Shown here: piece by piece, positions 10,244 through 20,244 of the stretch
Position numbering within the stretch: the first letter of the stretch is position 1
How the letters are laid out: the number at the start of each line of letters is the position of its first letter
Origin: a candidate division TA06 bacterium
Lineage (GTDB): Bacteria > Hydrothermota > DG-26 > E44-bin18
Reading direction: 5' to 3'
Assembly (NCBI GenBank): GCA_004376575.1
Contig: SOJN01000148.1
Location: 2 to 64,001 of the forward strand
DNA length: 64,000 bases
Program-made: the position numbers and the translations under genes
Notes under the pieces: generated by a model
What the model saw: the letters and a program-made list of their open reading frames with translations, nothing else
Databases searched by the model: none
What the model was told of the DNA's origin: nothing

Positions 10244-12586
10244 ATGGACAAAGGACTTGCATACAAAGCTGGGAAGAAATCAAAAGGTTGGAGTGATGTG
10301 GAGATCCTGGTGATCGGGGCAGGCACAATGGGTTCAAGCATAGCCCAGGCATATGCTCAGAACGGGTTCAACGTGGGCCTTCTGGACATATCTGGTGAAA
10401 TCTTGGACAAGGGATTCGATACGATCCAAGCTGAGCTTGACAATGCGAAAGGACGTATATTCTCCCCAGAACAGGTGGAAGATATCAAGAGCAGGATACT
10501 GGGAACGACCAGTTACCCGAAGGCCTGCAAGGGGAAAAATCTTAAACTGGTCATTGAAACAGCCACTGAAAACATAGATATCAAGAAGAAGATCTTCTCC
10601 CAATTGGACAGGTTGTGCCGGCCTCACGTCGTTTTTGCAACCAATTCCTCTTCTCTTGACGTAAACCTGCTGGCACGATCGACAAAACGGCCAGACAAGG
10701 TTGTGTGGATGCATTATTTCTACCTACCGCACAAGAACAGAGCTGGAGAGTATGCCGGTACGGACACTGCAAGCAAGAAAACCATCGCACTGGCAGCCAA
10801 ATACATGAAGCTCGGTGGAAAGGTGGCAACACCAATCCTGAGCAGCAGAAAGGGTGGTGCAGCAGACATTATATTCGTGTCTTTACTGCATGAAGCCGCA
10901 CTGATGAGAGACGAAGGGTATGATATTGCAACCATTGAGGCTGCGGGAAAGAGAGCCTTCAGCATGCCAATGGGATTTCTGCAACTCATGGACGTGACCG
11001 GCGTGGCTGTTGGAATCTACGCCATGGAGTCTTTCTCAGATGATTCCAACAGAAATGATCCTGTCTACAAGGTTTATGGAGACTTTTTCTGGCCACCTGA
11101 ATCATGCAGGGAGCTTATGCGGAGGTACAACAAGGCCGCGGACAAGTCCAGGGTGAGATGGGTCTCCAAAGATGACCTGGAAGCAAAACCCAAAGACGAA
11201 AAGACCGTGCAAATGCTGACTGAAAGATTCTTGGCCATCGGTTTCGTCACTGCCACTGAAGTGGTTGACGCAGGGGTCATAGAAATGGAAGATGTGGACA
11301 GGCTCGCGGAGAATGCCTTCCTCTGGAGCGAGGGGCCTTTCGCCATAATGAATAGAATCGGAATCAAGAATGCGAGCAGTATGGTTCAGGCAAGAGCTTC
11401 GCATGCGAAAAAGCAGCATAGAAGTTTCCCCATGCCAAAACTTCTGAAGACTCAGGCACAGAAGGGGAAACCATGGTCGATCACCATGAGTCCGGTGCTG
11501 TACAATGAGGAGATGGGCGGCAAGGTCGCCAGAATAACAATCTCTAATCCGAAGGCTGCTAATGCCCTCGATAACCGGGTTTTCGAGGAGCTGAGGAGCG
11601 CTTTCAAAAAAGCGAACAGTGACCAAAAAGTGAAGGTGATAATCTTCGATTCCGCCCCAATCAAGACTTTTATAGCGGGTGCCAACGTACCCGACTTCGT
11701 GAAGAACATGAAGGCCGGACGGTTTGAAAAGATACGTGATGATACTGCAATGTGGCAAGATGTTCTTTTCGACTCTATGACTGGGAAGGGCAAACCGAAG
11801 ATCGCGATCGTGGATGGGCTCACCCTTGGCGGAGGGGTCGAAACTGCCCTTTCTTTTGCATTAGACCCCGACTCAGTTGTCATTGCAACTGACAGGACGT
11901 CTTATACCCTACCCGAGACAAAGCTTGGAATCTTCCCCGGGCTACGCGGGACTCTGGTGCTCCCTCAAATTATTTACAACAAGACCAAGGATTCTGAGCT
12001 GGCAGTGGCCATGGCAAGGTACTATATCCTCGCAGGTGGCACGTCCACATCTTCCCCCAGGCTTCTCAAATACCTGGGATTTGCGGATTTGATAGTCCCC
12101 GCACATGAGAGAGACGACGCTGCAGCAGAAGTTGCGGATGCAATAATCAAGAACAAAGGGAAACCCCTCAGTACGAAACAATTGAAAAGTCTCAAGATTA
12201 ACGAGCTACCATCTGAGTTGAGCCTCGAAGAAAGGGAGGAGCTGCGGACGATGAAAGAGCTCTTCCTGACGCAGGATTTGATACCGGCTCTCTACGCTTA
12301 TGGGCGAGGTGACAGAGAGCTCTTCTTTGTCGGAGAAGCTCGCTCGTACGCACGGAGGATTGCGCGGAGGGTGGCAAACAACTCTCCTAATGCGGTGTGG
12401 ATTTCTAATTGGCTGATAAGCAAGGGGTTTGAGGACTTCCTGAAAGGAGTGGACACCAAGACGATCGCAGAGAGGGAGCTGAATGACTATCTGGTGCCGA
12501 CATTCATGCACCCCGATGCTATGGTGGGATTGACTTCACTCCTGGAGCGTAAGTTCCCTGAGTTTCCACGGAGATATCCATTTTAA
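10244..12586 (+). CDS. 3-hydroxyacyl-CoA dehydrogenase / enoyl-CoA hydratase fusion
   Basis: GAGTMG Rossmann, TNSSSL, MHYF; C-terminal crotonase with NAL, GGGVET, LPETKLGIFPG. Confidence 0.85.
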   Translation: MDKGLAYKAGKKSKGWSDVEILVIGAGTMGSSIAQAYAQNGFNVGLLDISGEILDKGFDTIQAELDNAKGRIFSPEQVEDIKSRILGTTSYPKACKGKNLKLVIETATENIDIKKKIFSQLDRLCRPHVVFATNSSSLDVNLLARSTKRPDKVVWMHYFYLPHKNRAGEYAGTDTASKKTIALAAKYMKLGGKVATPILSSRKGGAADIIFVSLLHEAALMRDEGYDIATIEAAGKRAFSMPMGFLQLMDVTGVAVGIYAMESFSDDSNRNDPVYKVYGDFFWPPESCRELMRRYNKAADKSRVRWVSKDDLEAKPKDEKTVQMLTERFLAIGFVTATEVVDAGVIEMEDVDRLAENAFLWSEGPFAIMNRIGIKNASSMVQARASHAKKQHRSFPMPKLLKTQAQKGKPWSITMSPVLYNEEMGGKVARITISNPKAANALDNRVFEELRSAFKKANSDQKVKVIIFDSAPIKTFIAGANVPDFVKNMKAGRFEKIRDDTAMWQDVLFDSMTGKGKPKIAIVDGLTLGGGVETALSFALDPDSVVIATDRTSYTLPETKLGIFPGLRGTLVLPQIIYNKTKDSELAVAMARYYILAGGTSTSSPRLLKYLGFADLIVPAHERDDAAAEVADAIIKNKGKPLSTKQLKSLKINELPSELSLEEREELRTMKELFLTQDLIPALYAYGRGDRELFFVGEARSYARRIARRVANNSPNAVWISNWLISKGFEDFLKGVDTKTIAERELNDYLVPTFMHPDAMVGLTSLLERKFPEFPRRYPF

Positions 12587-12597
12587 GGGGGAAAATC

Positions 12598-13344
12598 ATG
12601 AAGGACCTGAAGGGGAAATCAGCTATTGTCACAGGTGGTAGCTTGGGTATAGGGACTGCGATAGCGCTGGATCTTGCGGCCAATGGTGTTAATATCGCTA
12701 TCAACTACAGAAAGCACGCAGACGAAGCCAACGCCGTAGTCGAAAAGGCAAAAGGGATGGGTGTGAAGGCGTTGGCCGTGAAGGCCGATGTATCCAATTT
12801 TCAGGATGCTCAGAACATGGTTGACACGGTCGTCAAGGAGTTCGGGTCGCTGGACATACTGATCAACAATGCAGGAGTCAACTGGGATGGTGTCATCTGG
12901 AAGATGAGCGAAGAACAATGGGATACAGTGATAGGTATCGACCTGAAAGGTTGCTTCAACTACATAAGAGCAGTCTCCCCCATATTCAGGGAGCAGAAGC
13001 ACGGGAAGATCGTCAACATAACCTCCATAAATGCGCTGAGGGGCAAGTTCGGGCAGAGCAATTATTCGGCTGCCAAGGCAGGTGTCATTGGCCTGACAAA
13101 GACAGCTGCAAAGGAACTCGGCAAATACAGCATCAATGTCAACTCCGTAGCTCCAGGACTGATAGAGACAGAGATGATAAAGAAGATGCCAGATGATGCG
13201 AAACAGGTGTCCATCAATGAAACGACTTTCAAAAGGCTGGGCACGCCGGAGGATGTAGCTCACGTGGTCGCATTTCTGTGCAGCGACCTTTCCAGGCACG
13301 TGACTGGCGAAGTCATAAAAGTAGACGGCGGGCAATATATCTGA
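12598..13344 (+). CDS. Short-chain dehydrogenase/reductase (FabG/BzdZ-like)
   Basis: TGGSLGIG, NNAG, YSAAK, VAPG, VDGG. Confidence 0.9.
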   Translation: MKDLKGKSAIVTGGSLGIGTAIALDLAANGVNIAINYRKHADEANAVVEKAKGMGVKALAVKADVSNFQDAQNMVDTVVKEFGSLDILINNAGVNWDGVIWKMSEEQWDTVIGIDLKGCFNYIRAVSPIFREQKHGKIVNITSINALRGKFGQSNYSAAKAGVIGLTKTAAKELGKYSINVNSVAPGLIETEMIKKMPDDAKQVSINETTFKRLGTPEDVAHVVAFLCSDLSRHVTGEVIKVDGGQYI

Positions 13345-13369
13345 AAAACAGATGTGCAGGAGGATAGCA

Positions 13370-14557
13370 ATGGAACTGAGGGACGTAGTAATAGTGAGCG
13401 CTTGTAGAGCTCCGATGGGAAGGTTCGGAGGGACTTTGAAGAATATGGCTGCCTACGACGTAGGAGCTGTGGCGGTGAAGGAAGCACTCAAGAGAGCAAA
13501 GCTGAAGGGCGAACAGGTGGACGACGTCTTGCTCGGCTCTTGCAGACAAGCAGGAAATGGACCCAACCCTGCAAGAACTGCCGCGGTCAGAGGTGGAGTC
13601 CCCGCACAGGTACCTGTGATGACACTCAACATGGCGTGTCCCTCGGGCATGAGAGCGCTCGCGCAGGCCAGCCAGGCAATAAGGCTGGGAGACGCGAGCA
13701 CAATCCTTGTCGGTGGATTTGACTCTATGAGCACCATCCCCTATCTTCTGAAAGACGTGAGGTGGGCCGGGTTCAAGATGGGTGACAAAACACTTCTCGA
13801 TGGTTGGGCAGACTCTATAGATCCCCTCTGCGGGTTCGGAATGGGGATGACCGCGGAAAACGTTGCTGAGAAATACAAGATCACACGCGAAGAGCAGGAC
13901 AAGTTTGCCTATGAAAGCCATATGAAGGCGGCGAAAGCGCAGGACGAGGGATGGTTTAATGAAGAGATCGTGTCAATCGAGGTTCCTCAGAGAAAGGGTG
14001 ATCCCATCATCTTCGATAAGGACGAAACGATCAGGCGCGATACTTCGCTGGAGAAACTGGCCAAGCTTCGTGCTGTGTTCAAGAAGGACGGGTGCGTCAC
14101 TGCCGGGAATGCGTGCGCAATGTCAGACGGTGCGGCAGCTATGATTGTTATGTCGCGGCCGAAAGCAAAGGAACTTGGTCTCAAGCCGCTCTTTTCGATC
14201 GTTTCCTATGCGCAGACTGCTGTGGAACCAGAAACCATGGGAGAAGGGCCGGGGTTTGTCATCCCTATGGCACTCGAGCGGGCAGGGATGGAGCTAGGAG
14301 ACATGGATCTCATAGAGGTGAACGAAGCCTTTGCCGTTCAGATTCTGGCCAATGAAAAGAAACTCAACTGGGACCGCACCAAGCTGAACGTTCATGGTGG
14401 AGCGATAGCCCTTGGTCACCCGACTGGGATAAGTGGTGCACGGATCATTGTTACTCTATATCATGCGCTGAAGCAGAGAAACAAGGAGCACGGCATCGCG
14501 GCAATCTGCGGAGGCGGCGGCGTCACCATGGCCACTGTGATCCGCAGAGAAAACTGA
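13370..14557 (+). CDS. Acetyl-CoA acetyltransferase (thiolase)
   Basis: NMACPSG, EVNEAF, GHPTG, CGGGG; AGGAGG RBS before 13370. Confidence 0.92.
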   Translation: MELRDVVIVSACRAPMGRFGGTLKNMAAYDVGAVAVKEALKRAKLKGEQVDDVLLGSCRQAGNGPNPARTAAVRGGVPAQVPVMTLNMACPSGMRALAQASQAIRLGDASTILVGGFDSMSTIPYLLKDVRWAGFKMGDKTLLDGWADSIDPLCGFGMGMTAENVAEKYKITREEQDKFAYESHMKAAKAQDEGWFNEEIVSIEVPQRKGDPIIFDKDETIRRDTSLEKLAKLRAVFKKDGCVTAGNACAMSDGAAAMIVMSRPKAKELGLKPLFSIVSYAQTAVEPETMGEGPGFVIPMALERAGMELGDMDLIEVNEAFAVQILANEKKLNWDRTKLNVHGGAIALGHPTGISGARIIVTLYHALKQRNKEHGIAAICGGGGVTMATVIRREN

Positions 14558-14631
14558 TTTGAATTCCTTCGACACAAGAACCAGGGCCTGTCTTCTGCGA
14601 GGGGCCTTCTCATTTCCTTCATCATTGACCC

Positions 14632-14924
14632 AGATTGCTTCGCTATCGCTGACCCTTGTCCTCCCTCGGCTCACGCCGATGAAGGACCAAACATGCCTCG
14701 TCTTTTCTCTGGAAAAGCCGGACCTTTTTGGCTCGCAATGACAATTGTCTTTCGGTACGAATGGAGCGTGGGCGCGGAAGCCGCGCCCCTACTTGCCTTG
14801 CGGGAAGTTACGAAGAACAAAAGAAGAGCTTGTCGTTGCGAGACCTGGGCCAACCAGGCCGAAGCAATCTGGCACAAGCAGATCCTTCGACTCCGTCCTT
14901 CGGACTCTACTCAGGACGAAAAAT
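14632..14924. repeat. Cluster of REP-like palindromic repeats (BIME-like)
   Basis: agattgcttcg...ctcgcaatgaca (14632-14743); GTAG-type hairpin on minus strand (14770-14792); gtcgttgcgag...cgaagcaatct (~14832-14870); gatccttcg...ctcaggacgaaaaat (14881-14924). Confidence 0.8.
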
Positions 14925-14928
14925 GACT

Positions 14929-14959
14929 CATGCCATCAAGCGATGGCATGGCCCTTTTT
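14929..14959 (+). terminator. Putative intrinsic terminator between convergent operons
   Basis: CATGCCATC-AAGC-GATGGCATG hairpin followed by GCCCTTTTT. Confidence 0.55.
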
Positions 14960-14965
14960 CGTTTT

Positions 14966-15475
14966 CTATTTTCCGGCGGCGGTGGGGCTGGGTTGTGTAC
15001 CGGGCCATTCAGTCGATGCCGGTTTCTCCTTCGGTTGAGTGTACAGTTCCACCGTATTCCCCATTGGGTCCATCACGCTGAAACCCCAATAACTATCCTG
15101 TCGCCATTCGGGCTTATCCTTGAAAGTCCTTACATCTGCAGAGTTCAGTCGATCGACCACCCCGGCAAACATTTCTTCGGGGATATGTATGCCCCACGAG
15201 GTCATCTCAAGCGTTCCACCCTCGTAGCCGGGCTGCACTGTCCACTCTTCGAGCACCGGGAGCTTCTTGTCTGCACGGAAGAACATCATTTCGAATCCTT
15301 CACTCTTGTAGACAAGCCAACCCCATTTCTTCTCATTCCGGAATGATCCCTGCTTCAGGCCTATCAGATCTGTGTAGAAGTGACGCATGCTCTGCACATC
15401 ATTGCACATATTAAAGATGAAACGGATGTTGATATCAGGCTTTCTAGTTGCCTTTTTTTCTTCCGCGTTCTCCAT
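14966..15475 (-). CDS. VOC/glyoxalase family protein
   Basis: MRHFYTDLIGL N-terminal motif and FSVMDPMGNTVELY C-terminal motif; GGAGG RBS. Confidence 0.85.
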   Translation of the reverse strand: MENAEEKKATRKPDINIRFIFNMCNDVQSMRHFYTDLIGLKQGSFRNEKKWGWLVYKSEGFEMMFFRADKKLPVLEEWTVQPGYEGGTLEMTSWGIHIPEEMFAGVVDRLNSADVRTFKDKPEWRQDSYWGFSVMDPMGNTVELYTQPKEKPASTEWPGTQPSPTAAGK

Positions 15476-15570
15476 AGTACCTCCTGCCCCAAGAAGATGA
15501 AAACCATACTCCTTTCTGGCCAGGTTGCCTGAAACAAGGAGCTTCTATTGCAGAATGTGTTGGCCCCAAA

Positions 15571-16362
15571 TCACTCCTTTCTTGCCCAAAAGATAGCGCG
15601 AACACCTTTTCCGGTATACGGATTGCCCCGTCTGTCCCCAAAGACTTCCAGGACCCGGAAATTGTGGTTTTTCAACCAGCCTTCAACCTCATCAGCAGTC
15701 ACAGGATGTTTGCGACCGAGATGCTCGACACTGTTTTCCGTGCCGTCTGGATCTCGTGTGTACCAGGTGCGTTTCACGTGGAGAATTCTCTGTCCCCCGT
15801 AAAATTTCACCCACTCTACGGTCCACCTGCCCAGAGTGCCGTCTTTGCCTGTGCCCTCGAATATGACCAGCTCTTTTCCAAATGGCCCCTCCCCCCAATC
15901 TCCTTTGTAGTCGTTGTTGTCAATGTACAGTCGTCCGCCAACCACGAGCACTTCATATGCCAGCTGGATGCATCTTTCTTGAGTCTGTGCTGAGGGCAGT
16001 TCATAAAAAGCGTTACCGCCCATGATCACCAGATCATATCCAGAACCCCATTGACCGTCCAAAACGTCCTGCACCCTTAGCTTAACTCTGCCCTCCGCAT
16101 TTGAACCGAGCCTGGAGACCTTCGCCACTGCCCGGGCATTCATAGCCGGGGCTATTTCTATGCCTGTCATTGTGTGGCCGTCCCGGGCTAAAGGCACCAC
16201 AATTCGCCCTGTCCCGCTGAAGCATTCGAGGATGTTCAAAGGCTTGGACTTGCCGATAAGAGTACGGATCAACTCAATATCGTCTGTGTATGTCTCTGAG
16301 CGATCGTACAACTCAGCAAGTAGAGGTTGGTCGTAATTGGCTGAGTATCTGTGTTCTTCCAT
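15571..16362 (-). CDS. Class I SAM-dependent methyltransferase
   Basis: ILECFSGTGR motif I, GIEIAPAM, YDLVIMGGN, C-terminal VFGD; ATG 16362 with GAGG RBS (ORF opens at 16524). Confidence 0.85.
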   Translation of the reverse strand: MEEHRYSANYDQPLLAELYDRSETYTDDIELIRTLIGKSKPLNILECFSGTGRIVVPLARDGHTMTGIEIAPAMNARAVAKVSRLGSNAEGRVKLRVQDVLDGQWGSGYDLVIMGGNAFYELPSAQTQERCIQLAYEVLVVGGRLYIDNNDYKGDWGEGPFGKELVIFEGTGKDGTLGRWTVEWVKFYGGQRILHVKRTWYTRDPDGTENSVEHLGRKHPVTADEVEGWLKNHNFRVLEVFGDRRGNPYTGKGVRAIFWARKE

Positions 16363-16577
16363 GGTCCTCACGAATCGAACAAAATGACCTTCTGACAAGT
16401 ATATACGAATTCTCTGCCGTATGACAACTCGAAAAGACATCCCCGATCCTGCATTTGCAGGGGAAAAACCTTTTAGATTGGATTGGAGCAGGCTGTTCAG
16501 CTTCTTGAACTGCGACGTAATCACATGAGATCAGTGTGACTGCCATGGCTGAGAACCGAACCGCTACCTTTTCTCTT

Positions 16578-16613
16578 CCCGCCCGGGCCGTTTAACGGCC
16601 GCTCGTTTCACGG
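16578..16613 (-). repeat. Palindromic repeat family A, copy 3 (covariant)
   Basis: Reverse complement ccgtgaaacgagc-GGCCGT-taa-ACGGCC-cgggcggg. Confidence 0.8.
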
Positions 16614-16655
16614 ACCCCCTTGCCAAGGGGGAAGCCTGCCTGGGTCGTTCCACGG

Positions 16656-16764
16656 GGTATTTTTCGTCCTGTTTAGTCTTTGTTAGAGGTCACAAGCGAA
16701 GCGCAGTGAGCTCGTTACAAAGAGTTAATCCCGAAAGGAGTCGAGGGGAGCAAAGCCGAAGGAG
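16656..16764. repeat. Nested palindromic repeat composite
   Basis: gtatttttcgtcctg...gagcaaagccgaagga interrupted by a ctttgt...acaaag hairpin and tcccgaaaggagtcgagggg. Confidence 0.65.
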
Positions 16765-16905
16765 AAGAGAAGGAGAGGGATGTGCAGAAATCTGAGGTAC
16801 GCATAGAAGCCAGGTCTGCAGATTTCTCAATCTTATGCCTTGTTCAGAACCGGTTTTCTGTTAATATTGTCGGTGTTCTATGCCATTTCAGAAAGGAGAT
16901 GTAAT

Positions 16906-18249
16906 ATGGACAAAGCTGTCAGTAAAGATGATATATCGCGTTTTTCGGAGGTCTTTGACGCGGATCCCAAGAACGTCCTTGCGTTGAATGCTGTTGCCAA
17001 GAGCGGAATCGGTGCCGTGGCATTGAACAGAGAAGTCGTGAATCGAGTTCACCACACATATTCGCATCTGATAGAAACACCTGAAGTTACGAACCAAAAG
17101 AAGAGTGGCAGGTGTTGGCTGTTTGCGGGGCTGAATGCATTTCGCCTCACTGCTACGAAGAAACTGAACCTGGAGAAGTTTGAACTCTCACAAGCCTATC
17201 TGATGTTCTGGGACAAGCTCGAAAAAGCGAACTTCTTTCTTGAAAACATCATTAAGACGCGCGATGAACCACTCGACGGAAGGCTGGTGATGTGGCTACT
17301 GGCAAACGCCCTTCCGGATGGCGGTCAGTGGGACATGTTTGTGAACCTCATAAAGAAATATGGCGTGGTCCCCAAGTTTGCAATGCCCGAAACAGAAAGC
17401 AGCAGTCAATCGGGCCCCATGAATGCTGTTCTTGTCGCCAAACTGCGTGAGTACGCGCAGGTCCTACGGAATATGCACGCGGATGCTGCCTCCACAGATG
17501 AAATGCGGTCAAAGAAAGGCGAGCAGATGACAGAGTTCTACAAGATGCTTACTATCCATCTTGGTAGGCCGCCGCAAAGCTTCTTGTGGGAATGGCGGGA
17601 TAAGGACAAGGAGTTCCACAGACACGGCAACATCACACCACAGAAGTTCTTTGAGGAATTCGTGGGCTCCGACACGGACGACATGGTTTGCCTGATAAAC
17701 GCTCCAACAAAAGACAAACCATATGACAAACTTTACACGGTGCAGTATTTAGGCAATGTAGCAGGTGGAGAAATTGTCCGCTATCTTAATGTCCCAATGG
17801 AAGTACTCAAGAAGGCTACTGCTGCCATGATTGCTGATGATAGAGCCGTCTGGTTCGGCTGTGATGTCGGAAAGATGATGGAACGCAAGATGGGTATCCT
17901 CGACAACGAGCTGTACGACTATGAGCTTGTCTTTGGTTCTCAGTTCAAATTGGACAAAGCGGGTAGGTTGGATTACGGCCACAGCAAGATGACTCACGCG
18001 ATGGTGCTCACGGGGGTCGATCTTGACGACACCGGCAAGCCAATCAAATGGCGCGTTGAAAACAGCTGGGGGAAGAAAATCGGCGACAAGGGTTATTTTG
18101 TAATGGCCGACAACTGGTTTAATGAATTCCTCTATGAGGTAACAGTAAGCAAGAAATACCTGACTCCAAAACTGCTGGAAGTACTCGATACCGAGCCAGT
18201 TGTGCTCCCTCCGTGGGACCCGATGGGAGCGCTTGCCAGAAATGAATAA
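16906..18249 (+). CDS. pepC: Aminopeptidase C / bleomycin hydrolase (peptidase C1B)
   Basis: NQKKSGRCWLFA catalytic Cys, DGGQW, MTHAM His, VENSWG Asn, PWDPMG C-terminus; AGGAG RBS. Confidence 0.95.
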   Translation: MDKAVSKDDISRFSEVFDADPKNVLALNAVAKSGIGAVALNREVVNRVHHTYSHLIETPEVTNQKKSGRCWLFAGLNAFRLTATKKLNLEKFELSQAYLMFWDKLEKANFFLENIIKTRDEPLDGRLVMWLLANALPDGGQWDMFVNLIKKYGVVPKFAMPETESSSQSGPMNAVLVAKLREYAQVLRNMHADAASTDEMRSKKGEQMTEFYKMLTIHLGRPPQSFLWEWRDKDKEFHRHGNITPQKFFEEFVGSDTDDMVCLINAPTKDKPYDKLYTVQYLGNVAGGEIVRYLNVPMEVLKKATAAMIADDRAVWFGCDVGKMMERKMGILDNELYDYELVFGSQFKLDKAGRLDYGHSKMTHAMVLTGVDLDDTGKPIKWRVENSWGKKIGDKGYFVMADNWFNEFLYEVTVSKKYLTPKLLEVLDTEPVVLPPWDPMGALARNE

Positions 18250-18293
18250 GCAAAATCAAAACACAGAGTGGTGCTAGGTAGGCAGGTGTCGAG

Positions 18294-19268
18294 CTATCGC
18301 CTCATACGCACATAGCTCTCATACCTCCGCTCAGCTATGTCTCCTGTTTTCACGGCCTCTTTCACTGCACACCCTGGCTCATGTGTGTGACTGCAGTCAA
18401 GACCAAATCGACATTGTCCTATGTAGGGCCGCATCTCGCGAAACAGATTGGCCATATGCTCGTCATCGATATTCCACAGACCCAGCTCTCTCATTCCCGG
18501 CGTATCAACAACACTGCCCCCGAAGTCCAGCTCAAACATCTCAAGATGACTCGTTGTATGCTTCCCCTTCCTTGTAGCTTCGCTCACCTCCTTCACGCGA
18601 AGGTCAAGGCCTGGCTGGATTGCGTTAAGCAATGTCGTCTTGCCTACGCCGGACTTGCCGAGGAAGACAGATACACGACCCTTCAAAGCCTCCTTAGCTT
18701 CCTCCAGGCCCAGGCCAGTAACCGCACTGGTCCTGACGACTGGATAGCCTATGTCTTCGTAGACAGAGAGTTCCTCCTCGACCTCTTCCCCCTTTGCCAA
18801 ATCCATTTTCGTCATACAGATGAGTACCGGAACCTCAGCCGCTTCCGCGTCTGTCAGGTAACGATCCAAGAGCCGCCACTTCGGCTTGGGACGAGCAACT
18901 GAAAAGACCGGCACAACCTGGTCTATGTTTACGACAATGACTTGTTCGCGGAGCTTGCGTCCAGCAGCCCGACGACTCAATTTCGTTTCCCTGTGCTGGA
19001 CCTCAGTTATCAAGCCAGATCCATCACCTGCATCAAGGAAGCTGACTATGTCCCCGACTGCAATTGGATCGACGGTCCTGATGTCCTTTACTGACACAAC
19101 ATGGGGTCGAATAGAGCTGGGGTCAGCAACCGGATAGATGAGACGCTTCCGTAACTTACTTGAGATGGAGCATGCCACAGTCCGGCCATCCGCCTTCACA
19201 AAATACTGGCCCAGGCTCTTCTTGAATACTCTTCCAGATTTCATATCTCCTGTATGGCTATTGTCCAT
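18294..19268 (-). CDS. rsgA: Ribosome small subunit-dependent GTPase A
   Basis: AVGD OB fold, TKMD, GKSGVGKT, KGKHTT, DTPGMRE, CRFGLDCSHTHEPGC Zn finger; ATG overlaps upstream stop. Confidence 0.93.
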   Translation of the reverse strand: MDNSHTGDMKSGRVFKKSLGQYFVKADGRTVACSISSKLRKRLIYPVADPSSIRPHVVSVKDIRTVDPIAVGDIVSFLDAGDGSGLITEVQHRETKLSRRAAGRKLREQVIVVNIDQVVPVFSVARPKPKWRLLDRYLTDAEAAEVPVLICMTKMDLAKGEEVEEELSVYEDIGYPVVRTSAVTGLGLEEAKEALKGRVSVFLGKSGVGKTTLLNAIQPGLDLRVKEVSEATRKGKHTTSHLEMFELDFGGSVVDTPGMRELGLWNIDDEHMANLFREMRPYIGQCRFGLDCSHTHEPGCAVKEAVKTGDIAERRYESYVRMRR

Positions 19269-20067
19269 TCTTTTTGCTCTCCTTTCTATGTGCAACCATG
19301 CGCACAAAGCCAATGTACTGACCACGATCAGCCTCCAGAACCTCCACATCGGATGGAAACTTCTTGGTGCCGGTGGCATGGATCGCCTTCTCATGCTGGA
19401 GCCAGACCTTCCAGCCATCTGGCATTGTGTCCACGAGCTCCACCTGCACCAAGCCAGTCTGCTCCCATAGCCGACGCCACCACGTTGTCGTGTGGAAGCT
19501 GAAGCACTCACTAGGGTCCCAGAAAACACCTCCACTCTTCTGTTTCTTCGTCAAGTATTCTGGTAGAGTGTCACTTTCAAAATCGCGCATCAATCCAGGG
19601 ACCATGATGCCGATCTGTCTCCCGGTCCTGACAAACCTGACGAAATACTTGAGATAGAGATCGTCAGTGCCATAGTAGTGGTAGGAATCGATGCAGACAA
19701 TCGCATCAAAGAACTCTTCAGCGTACGGGAGTGAGTGAGCTTCGGCATGGATTGGAAAGACCTGATCCTCAAGCCCCGCATCGCGAATCCGCTTCCAATT
19801 GTCTGCAGCCTCGATCCAGAGGTCGGTCGCCCATACCTGAACGCCAAACTCTCTCGCCAGAAAAATCGAACTCAGAGCTTTCCCGCAACCCATATCCAGC
19901 ACTCGCATGCCAGGCTTCAATTCCATGTCACTGCACAGCCACTCAGCAAGCCAGAGTGAACTTGGCCCCATTTGATTCTCCAACACCCATTCAGCATCGT
20001 ACTTCGAAGACATTGGGAACTGCTCAAGCTTCAGCATTGACGCCAGATCTCCTTTGCTTGGACTCAT
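19258..20067 (-). CDS. SAM-dependent methyltransferase
   Basis: MRVLDMGCGKALSSIFLAREFGVQVWATDLW, FDAIVCIDSY; AGGAG RBS before ATG 20067. Confidence 0.88.
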   Translation of the reverse strand: MSPSKGDLASMLKLEQFPMSSKYDAEWVLENQMGPSSLWLAEWLCSDMELKPGMRVLDMGCGKALSSIFLAREFGVQVWATDLWIEAADNWKRIRDAGLEDQVFPIHAEAHSLPYAEEFFDAIVCIDSYHYYGTDDLYLKYFVRFVRTGRQIGIMVPGLMRDFESDTLPEYLTKKQKSGGVFWDPSECFSFHTTTWWRRLWEQTGLVQVELVDTMPDGWKVWLQHEKAIHATGTKKFPSDVEVLEADRGQYIGFVRMVAHRKESKKNGQ

Positions 20068-20145
20068 TTTGTTTCTCTCCTTTCTGTAGATTGAAAGGGC
20101 CGCGAAATCCTTCTCCCGCGGCACATCAGACACTCCATCTGGTCA

Positions 20146-20183
20146 AATAAAAAACCGCGGACGTTCGTCACGCCTGCGGCTTG
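20146..20183 (-). terminator. Intrinsic terminator in the 5' leader (attenuator)
   Basis: AGCCGCAGGCGU-GACGA-ACGUCCGCGGUU stem (one mismatch) followed by UUUUAUUU, upstream of the methyltransferase start. Confidence 0.75.
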
Positions 20184-20244
20184 GGTATAAAAGAAACGGC
20201 CGCCTCTTCCGGGGCGGTCGCCAGCTTTCAATCAAGAAAACAAA

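Noticed and set aside
14559..15346. Short plus-strand ORFs across the repeat cluster
   Set aside because: Translations of palindromic repeats or antisense to the VOC gene.
16363..16524. N-terminal extension of the methyltransferase; similar extensions on pepC, hprK, kdsD and the surface protein
   Set aside because: No family-like sequence; downstream ATGs have better SD sites or stop/start coupling.
19269..19535. N-terminal extension of RsgA in the ORF track
   Set aside because: Overlaps the methyltransferase in another frame; ATG 19268 has an SD and overlaps the upstream stop.
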